Origin: an uncultured virus (IMG/VR IMGVR_UViG_3300029705_003980)
Taxonomy: Duplodnaviria > Heunggongvirae > Uroviricota > Caudoviricetes
IMG/VR virus record: IMGVR_UViG_3300029705_003980
DNA: 64,000 nucleotides
Direction: 5' to 3' (one strand)
Made by a program: the position numbers and the translations under genes. Positions 57,708 through 64,000 of the stretch are shown here, piece after piece. The notes under the pieces are model-generated. The model was given only the letters and a program-made list of their open reading frames with translations. It was not told the origin of the DNA and ran no database searches. The first letter of the stretch is position 1; each line of letters begins with the position of its first letter.

Positions 57708-57839
57708 CTCACTTCGTCATTTGACTATATTTATGATACATTTTATCATCACTTGGATATATTGTGAATAGCGAGTTGGATAGATATTATCCGATAAGAT
57801 ATAATGTTAAGTGAAATATTTTTTAAGGAGGAAAAATAT

Positions 57840-58175
57840 ATGGAACTTAACTACATCATTATCGGAAAGCGAATTAAGGAGGTGAGAAAAAAGAGAAAAT
57901 TATCGCAAGAGGCTCTTGCAGAACTTATTGAAAAAAGTCCGCCCTATATCAGTTACATAGAAACTGCAAAAAAGCACTTGAGTTTGGAAACGCTGATTGA
58001 TATAGCAAATGCATTACACATTTCCGTTGATTCACTTCTGGCGGCAAATGTCCTGTATAAAACGGAAGTTAGGGATGAGTTCAGCGAACTTATGAGCGAT
58101 TGCGAAGAATACGAAAAGCGAATAATTGTTGACACAGTTAAAACTCTAAAACAATCACTTCGTTTGGAACTTTAA
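57840..58175 (+). CDS. XRE-family transcriptional regulator
   Basis: IGKRIKEVR...LSQEALAE...ISYIE. Confidence 0.9.
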   Translation: MELNYIIIGKRIKEVRKKRKLSQEALAELIEKSPPYISYIETAKKHLSLETLIDIANALHISVDSLLAANVLYKTEVRDEFSELMSDCEEYEKRIIVDTVKTLKQSLRLEL

Positions 58176-58225
58176 CATTCCCGATTTTCTCATTATTTGC
58201 TATTATATTCGATTATAAAACAATT

Positions 58226-58265
58226 AACCATAAACCCGTTGTTATAGGCTTGACTACGGGTTTAT
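58226..58265. repeat. 40-bp quasi-palindrome, copy B
   Basis: AACCATAAACCC-N11-CTTGACTACGGGTTTAT; 32/40 identical to copy A. Confidence 0.9.
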
Positions 58266-58368
58266 GAAAAAGTGCTCAAACTACATTTTCGGCAAAAACT
58301 ACTATATTTTGGTTGAAAACGAGATTTTTAGCACACTATTTGGTATAATTATATGCGGAGGTTTTATT

Positions 58369-59076
58369 ATGATTTACTATACTGGAGATATACACGGCGA
58401 ACCCTCAAGGGTGATTAAATTTGCCGATAAATTGAACTTAACAAGCAAAGATACGATTGTTATTCTTGGTGATGTCGGTGCAAATTACTTTCAGGATTTC
58501 CGTGACGAAATAACGAAAAAGAAGTTAAATGACATCGGTGTAACAATTCTTTGTATTCACGGAAATCACGAAGTCCGTCCGGCAAATATCCCTTCATACT
58601 CATTGATGGTTTGGGAAGGTGGCAAAGTGTGGTATGAGGATAAATATCCAAACCTATTATTTGCTAAAGACGGAGAAATATATACTCTCAATGGTATGCG
58701 TTATCTTGTTGTAGGCGGAGCGTACAGCGTGGACAAACACTACAGACTTGCAATGAACAGAGGCTGGTGGGCAGATGAGCAGCCTTCGGATGAAATCAAG
58801 CATTATGTTGATAGTCAAATTGTGAAAAATGAAATTGATGTTGTTCTTTCTCACACTTGTCCGCTTAAGTTTGAACCGACAGAAGCATTCTTGCCGGGAA
58901 TCGACCAAACAAGTGTGGATAAAAGCACAGAAATATGGCTTGATGAAATTGAAGAAAGGATATCATATAAAGCGTGGCTCTGCGGTCATTGGCATATTGA
59001 TAAGAGTATAAATAACTTTCATTTTCTTTTTAATTCTTGGAAAAGTGCTGCAGACATTTTCGTAGAAAGTGAGTGA
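58369..59076 (+). CDS. Calcineurin-like metallophosphoesterase
   Basis: GDIHG, LGDVG, GNHE, SHTCP, GHWH. Confidence 0.92.
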   Translation: MIYYTGDIHGEPSRVIKFADKLNLTSKDTIVILGDVGANYFQDFRDEITKKKLNDIGVTILCIHGNHEVRPANIPSYSLMVWEGGKVWYEDKYPNLLFAKDGEIYTLNGMRYLVVGGAYSVDKHYRLAMNRGWWADEQPSDEIKHYVDSQIVKNEIDVVLSHTCPLKFEPTEAFLPGIDQTSVDKSTEIWLDEIEERISYKAWLCGHWHIDKSINNFHFLFNSWKSAADIFVESE

Positions 59077-59512
59077 TATTATGGGAAAATATAAATTTTT
59101 ACAGCCAGTCGAGGAAATGGAACACATAAGCCGAGCCGAACTTGGTGAACGCTTTGATGAAATTCTCGAAGCCTGCGAAAAGGATAATGTAGGCTTTGTA
59201 ATTACCGACTGCGGAAAAAATGATGTTGTTTTATGTCCTGCTCGTTGGATTGATTTTAGGTTCGATGATGATTTCGGCTGTATAATGAATTGTGCAGTCA
59301 GATATGCACTCGGAAGAAACACCTATATGCCCGGTCTTGTATGTGATTTTGTGCGTAAATATATGAGTATTTTTGATGCAAAAACCATTGATGTTATCAT
59401 TCAGGACATTGACAGGGATTTAGAGTTCGGTTTAGACCAAAAAGAACTCTGGATTTCATTAAAGAACGACCTTCTCAAGTTTAAGGAAACGCGGGGTGAT
59501 AAGAATGAGTGA
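59069..59512 (+). CDS. Hypothetical protein, Phd-like N-terminus fused to an unknown domain
   Basis: ISRAEL.ERFDEIL...FVIT..GK.DVVL, then CAVRYALGRNTYMP. Confidence 0.65.
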   Translation: MSDIMGKYKFLQPVEEMEHISRAELGERFDEILEACEKDNVGFVITDCGKNDVVLCPARWIDFRFDDDFGCIMNCAVRYALGRNTYMPGLVCDFVRKYMSIFDAKTIDVIIQDIDRDLEFGLDQKELWISLKNDLLKFKETRGDKNE

Positions 59513-60137
59513 AAAATATTATATCTTTCAATTGGATGACCCTGCTACACCCGGTTTCTGTTCTTTTAACAAATTATATGTTGGCACAGAAGCTGATTTG
59601 ATGCATGTGGCAAATAATCTTGAAAAAGAAAATCACTACCACGAAACAGTTGCGGCATTACGAAGCTACTTTAATGGGAATAGAGATGCAACGCACAGAA
59701 TTGCATATTCTACAATGAAAATACTTACACCGATTGATATTGAATCCGAGCATAAAATTTCATTTGGTGAAAAGAAATGGACACACATTAACATTTGGGG
59801 ATTCCCATATGAAATGAAGTGTGATTCCGGCATTACACATCAAATCGTTTTCAAACACGATGATAAATACTATCGCTGCATTCGTGCATGGCTTAAGAAT
59901 TTATGTTATGAAAGTGTCAATGGCGAATGGCATCAATTAACTGATGGCTTTTGGGGAAATTACTCAATTCTTGATGTATCTTTTATGCCTGATAAGAAGA
60001 ATTTCACATTCAATAATCTTCTGTATGTAATTGAAGAAATTTATGAGGATGAGGTAAAAAAAGCTATTGACGATTTGCTTTTAGAAGAAAAGATAGAGAT
60101 GAAAGGCATCTGTGATGAAATTTTCGCAGATGGTTGA
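59505..60137 (+). CDS. Hypothetical protein
   Basis: Long ORF coupled within the operon. Confidence 0.7.
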   Translation: MSEKYYIFQLDDPATPGFCSFNKLYVGTEADLMHVANNLEKENHYHETVAALRSYFNGNRDATHRIAYSTMKILTPIDIESEHKISFGEKKWTHINIWGFPYEMKCDSGITHQIVFKHDDKYYRCIRAWLKNLCYESVNGEWHQLTDGFWGNYSILDVSFMPDKKNFTFNNLLYVIEEIYEDEVKKAIDDLLLEEKIEMKGICDEIFADG

Positions 60138-60328
60138 ATGCAATGGTACTTGAAACAATAACATTGGAAATTGAAACAAAACTATATGAAGAGGCTAAAG
60201 AAGTAATCGAAAAAGAAGGCTACACCATTGAAGAGGCAATTATAATGTTTTTTAAGGCGTGTATTGCTTGTGGTGGGTTTCCTTTTCCTGTGTCAAAGGA
60301 GGAATTGCTCGAAGCTCAAGGAGGATAA
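60134..60328 (+). CDS. RelB/DinJ-like ribbon-helix-helix protein
   Basis: L...AKEV...G.T..EAI.MF.......GFPF. Confidence 0.6.
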   Translation: MNAMVLETITLEIETKLYEEAKEVIEKEGYTIEEAIIMFFKACIACGGFPFPVSKEELLEAQGG

Positions 60329-60331
60329 CAA

Positions 60332-61057
60332 ATGATATATGTACTTTCCGATATACACGGAAACACGGAGAGGTTTAATTCTATAATGGAACAGATAAAT
60401 CTTCAGCCGGAAGACACTTTATACATACTCGGTGATGTTGTAGACCGATATCCCGATGGAATTAAGCTCTTAAGAAAAATAATGAAAATGGATAATGTGA
60501 AAATGCTTCTTGGAAACCACGAATATATGATGCTGAATGCTCTTGACCCTATCAGCGAAAGAGATGAATGGGAGCAGGAACGCTCGCTTCGGTTGTGGTA
60601 TAGGAATGGTGGTTTTGTCACTCATAACTATTTGAAGCATATACGAAAAGATATACGAAGAGAGGTTTTTAACTTCCTACGAAAGCTCCCTGTAAATATC
60701 AAGATTGAGGTTGGGGGCAAAAAATTCTTGCTTGTTCACGGCTCACCTTTAGAGAATTATAGTTGGATATTCCGAGAATATGAAACGAAAGAAAAGTTTG
60801 CTGTTTGGGAAAGATGGCAGCCCTTTGACCCTGTTCCCGAAGGATACACTTTGGTGTTCGGTCATACACCTACTATCCATTTCCAAAACAATGACCCATT
60901 GGAGATTTTATTTTGTGATAATGCAATAGGAATTGACTGTGGTTCGGGGTTTCCAAAATCACAATTTGAGGGAGAAACTATCGGCAGACTTGCTTGTTTA
61001 AGACTTGATGATATGAAGATTTTCTACTCGAAGGAAGAAGGTGCAAATAATGGCTGA
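60332..61057 (+). CDS. PPP-family Ser/Thr protein phosphatase (phage lambda phosphatase-like)
   Basis: SDIHG, GDVVDR, GNHE, GHTPT, IDCG. Confidence 0.92.
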   Translation: MIYVLSDIHGNTERFNSIMEQINLQPEDTLYILGDVVDRYPDGIKLLRKIMKMDNVKMLLGNHEYMMLNALDPISERDEWEQERSLRLWYRNGGFVTHNYLKHIRKDIRREVFNFLRKLPVNIKIEVGGKKFLLVHGSPLENYSWIFREYETKEKFAVWERWQPFDPVPEGYTLVFGHTPTIHFQNNDPLEILFCDNAIGIDCGSGFPKSQFEGETIGRLACLRLDDMKIFYSKEEGANNG

Positions 61058-62306
61058 TAAATTATATGCTCCTCAAATTGACAGATTTAGACATCAATTT
61101 GGACACTTGGGGTTTAGTTATTCAAATGGTATAACCTATGATGAAGAAACCTATCGTTTATTGAATCTGTTTTTTAAGGAATTACGCAAAATTTCACCTA
61201 TCGCAGAGAATGGCTGCCGTGAGATATGGGTTCGTGCCGAGCGAGGTAATATTGATGCATATGGAAATTATGAAGAATGGCTTGATTGTGGTGATGTCGA
61301 AAATTATGAGGAGTTTGAAAAATCGTGGTTAGCTGACTATCCCAACGAAACAAAGTGGTATCATATTGAGGCGGTTGAAACTGAAACCGGGCATCAAGCG
61401 GTGGTCATAAATGAAAGATTTGTGTTTGAGGTTGCTCCTGATCAAGAGAAGGGATTCCCTCACGATACAAGTGTTTTTGCAAAATGGCTTCTTGATTCAA
61501 TTAAATCTGTAATTATGCAGTTGAAAAGCGGGACATATATGGATTTTGTTAAGCAAAATCTGCCTGTAGAATTAAGGACAGGAACAATACGTCAAAGTGA
61601 TTTGTGGGAGATATACCCGGAAGACCGCACAAGATTTTTTGACGGAATAACAGACGAGGAAATTGAGGAAATATCTGAACTCTTAAATAAACAGCCACAA
61701 GATGGATATAAGCCGGAAGGTCGCATTGCATCGGTTACAGCGAATGACTTCTTTAATTATTGTGCGATTGGTTATAAGGCTATGTCTTATAAATGGTATG
61801 GGATGACTCCAAAAGAACTCTATTATCGCTATGCAGATGGCAGAGATGAAGGTCTTTCCGAGGTTGACGCTGATTCCCCAGAGGCATTTTCAAAATGGTT
61901 GAATAACAAAAGTCGTGGCGGAGGGCATCCGTGGGAAGTATGTCGAGGCGGTAATTCCACACATATAGCTCTACAAGTAGGCAATGATGAAAAGGGGTAT
62001 TTCCTTTTTCTCGCAGGCTCGTCATACGGCAGGGCAAATGAAACACTAAAGTTCTTCTTGGCACTTTCCCGTGCAGGTCTGCCTGTTTATCTCCACGACA
62101 GCGATGTTTTCATAAAAAGAATTCAAGGCACAGAAAAAATCGGAGTAATGCCACAAGGGGTTATTCCCAAATACTGTGAAAGTTCCTTCCCGAATGAAAA
62201 AATAATATCCTTTATGAATCTGCCATATGAAAACACAGATGCCGTTGCAAGCAAATGTGTATGGCAGGATATAAGGGAAGTTCATCTTTTAACAGAGGAG
62301 GTGTAA
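61050..62306 (+). CDS. Hypothetical protein
   Basis: 418 aa; ADGRDEGL and GGHPWEVCRGGNSTH look like conserved motifs. Confidence 0.75.
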   Translation: MADKLYAPQIDRFRHQFGHLGFSYSNGITYDEETYRLLNLFFKELRKISPIAENGCREIWVRAERGNIDAYGNYEEWLDCGDVENYEEFEKSWLADYPNETKWYHIEAVETETGHQAVVINERFVFEVAPDQEKGFPHDTSVFAKWLLDSIKSVIMQLKSGTYMDFVKQNLPVELRTGTIRQSDLWEIYPEDRTRFFDGITDEEIEEISELLNKQPQDGYKPEGRIASVTANDFFNYCAIGYKAMSYKWYGMTPKELYYRYADGRDEGLSEVDADSPEAFSKWLNNKSRGGGHPWEVCRGGNSTHIALQVGNDEKGYFLFLAGSSYGRANETLKFFLALSRAGLPVYLHDSDVFIKRIQGTEKIGVMPQGVIPKYCESSFPNEKIISFMNLPYENTDAVASKCVWQDIREVHLLTEEV

Positions 62307-62307
62307 T

Positions 62308-62517
62308 ATGGCTGTCTCTTATAATAAGCTATGGCACATATTGATTGATAGAAAAATGCGAAAAAAGGACTTGCAGGAAGCAGCCGGACTAACACCACAC
62401 ATTATGCTTGTTTTACGCAAAAATAAGCATATTACAACTACAACAATATGGAAAATATGCAAAGCTCTAAACTGCACCGCAGATGATTTTTTGGAGTTTG
62501 TTGAAGTGGAGGGTTGA
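62308..62517 (+). CDS. Cro/XRE-type HTH regulator
   Basis: VSYNKLW..LIDR.M.K.DL...KICKALNC. Confidence 0.88.
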   Translation: MAVSYNKLWHILIDRKMRKKDLQEAAGLTPHIMLVLRKNKHITTTTIWKICKALNCTADDFLEFVEVEG

Positions 62518-62522
62518 TACTG

Positions 62523-63299
62523 ATGGGAAAAGTGTTTTTTACTTCTGACCTTCATTTCGGACACACAAATGTTATAACCTTCGACAAAAGACCATTTGAA
62601 ACTGTGGATGAAATGGACGCAGAACTAATAAAGCGTTGGAATAACAAGGTTGGAAAAGGCGACCTTGTATATGTTTTGGGAGATATGATTTGGAAGTCCT
62701 CTAACAATGATGCAGAAAGCCTTATAAAAGGTCTTAACGGACAGATTATTCTAATTAAAGGAAATCACGATAGATTTCTCAAAAATGCAAAGGCTAAAAA
62801 GGCTCTTTCCGGAATCAAGGAATATGACGATATTGTTGTTACACTTGAGGATGGAACGAAACGCAGATGTATTTTGAGCCATTATTATATGCCTTTTTAC
62901 AATGGGCATCTTTATCAAACAATACTGCTGCATGGGCATTCTCATATTTCACGAGAATCGGAAATGGAACGAGAAATGTCTCGTACTCTCAATCAAAGAG
63001 GCTTCCCAAATGAAATATATAATGTTGGTTGTATGTATTGGAATTACGAGCCTGTAACTTTGGATGAGATTCTCGCAAAGAAACCACAGCCTTCGGTTTT
63101 CACCAATTATGACAGGGTTCGGTCATTAAACATTGAAGATATGGCAAAGGGCATTAAATGTCCTTTGGAGGGTTTCGATGATATAACGGATATGGGATTT
63201 ACTTCTATGGAATGTATAGACCCTACCGGGTGCAGAGAGTGCTGTGTTGATTGGCTGAAAAGTGAAGCAAAAAGTAATAATATAGGAGGTTATGCTTAA
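62523..63299 (+). CDS. Metallophosphoesterase with a Cys-containing C-terminal extension
   Basis: SDLHFGH, LGD, GNHD, HGHSH. Confidence 0.9.
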   Translation: MGKVFFTSDLHFGHTNVITFDKRPFETVDEMDAELIKRWNNKVGKGDLVYVLGDMIWKSSNNDAESLIKGLNGQIILIKGNHDRFLKNAKAKKALSGIKEYDDIVVTLEDGTKRRCILSHYYMPFYNGHLYQTILLHGHSHISRESEMEREMSRTLNQRGFPNEIYNVGCMYWNYEPVTLDEILAKKPQPSVFTNYDRVRSLNIEDMAKGIKCPLEGFDDITDMGFTSMECIDPTGCRECCVDWLKSEAKSNNIGGYA

Positions 63300-63757
63300 T
63301 GAAATGGACAGTAAAAAATTTTGATGATAGCATTCCGGCAATAGCGGATTATGATTTATTTCCTTATTTTGAGGAATTTCTTTTAAAGCTCAAGAAAAAG
63401 AAAGTAACACGAGAAGAATTTGCTAAAGAAATACGCAGAGAATTGATGTATCATTATTGGTCGAGATGTGAATATGAAATATTTATTGTAAAGGAAAATG
63501 ATGGGCGCTTATACCTTTTACCACATTGTGGTGGTAGAGACAAAGACACTCCTTTTCTTGATGTTACCGATGATACGAGTTTTGACTGGAAAGGTTTTGC
63601 TGAAATGCATATAAATAAGCAGATTTATGGTGATAAGGCAAAAATAGATATTTGGAATCAAATCGAATATAGGTTTGATGAATTTATTTCTTACTGCTGG
63701 GAAGGTATACATAAAAGAAAATCTCCTCGAAAGAAAGGTGCAGCAAATGAAACTTGA
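63299..63757 (+). CDS. Hypothetical protein
   Basis: YWSRCEYE...KIDIW.QI pattern. Confidence 0.7.
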   Translation: MKWTVKNFDDSIPAIADYDLFPYFEEFLLKLKKKKVTREEFAKEIRRELMYHYWSRCEYEIFIVKENDGRLYLLPHCGGRDKDTPFLDVTDDTSFDWKGFAEMHINKQIYGDKAKIDIWNQIEYRFDEFISYCWEGIHKRKSPRKKGAANET

Positions 63758-64000
63758 AATCGTACAAGACTTATTACTTGCATGTTCTGACGAGAAAATA
63801 ATCGAAGAAGTTATTAAAAAAGAAGGCTACAAGAAGAAAAAAACTGTATATGAAGTTTATACTCCTCTGTTGGCTGATTTAAGAAGCCGAACGGTCGAGC
63901 CACAAAAAGATATTATTTTTGGTATCGAACATATTGTTGACGGAGAGCCTTCTGCTGATGCACTCCTTTACACTTGGTATGAATTAGAGTATGATTTTAA
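63747..64000 (+). CDS. Hypothetical protein, truncated by the window end
   Basis: ATG 63747 after AAGGTG; frame open to the end of the window. Confidence 0.6.
   Translation, partial: MKLEIVQDLLLACSDEKIIEEVIKKEGYKKKKTVYEVYTPLLADLRSRTVEPQKDIIFGIEHIVDGEPSADALLYTWYELEYDF

Noticed and set aside
1..64000. tRNA or rRNA genes, IS transposases, stop-codon recoding
   Set aside because: None recognised; genes are full length in the standard code and intergenic gaps are short

Overview
AT-rich window (my estimate is about 40% GC) that is almost all accessory DNA; the gene families and GGAGG ribosome-binding sites suggest a Clostridia-like Firmicute. (1) 1-6228: type I restriction-modification locus on the minus strand (hsdR-hsdM-hsdS). 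A second, inverted hsdS segment shares a perfect inverted repeat of at least 99 bp with it, consistent with an invertible specificity switch. (2) About 6.3-51.5 kb: an apparently complete siphovirus-type prophage. It has an ImmA/XRE switch facing dinB, a replication module, an HNH/terminase region, and a MetK plus two-methyltransferase block with a nested second ORF. It also has amidoligase/cyclotransferase and small-gene cassettes behind repeated promoters, head and tail genes with a -1 frameshift chaperone, an antisense RelE/Phd toxin-antitoxin pair, lysis genes and tandem large serine recombinases. (3) 51.6-58.3 kb: a convergent six-gene operon encoding a catalytically dead serine-recombinase paralogue, a large serine recombinase with an extra domain that recurs in the next two genes, and two ParB-superfamily proteins. 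Next to it is a divergent XRE pair bracketed by two 40-bp covarying palindromes. This block is my best candidate for an undescribed system. (4) 58.4-64 kb: cargo operon with three different metallophosphoesterases and unknown genes. All calls come from reading motifs by eye; no database searches were run, and prophage boundaries (att sites) were not found.
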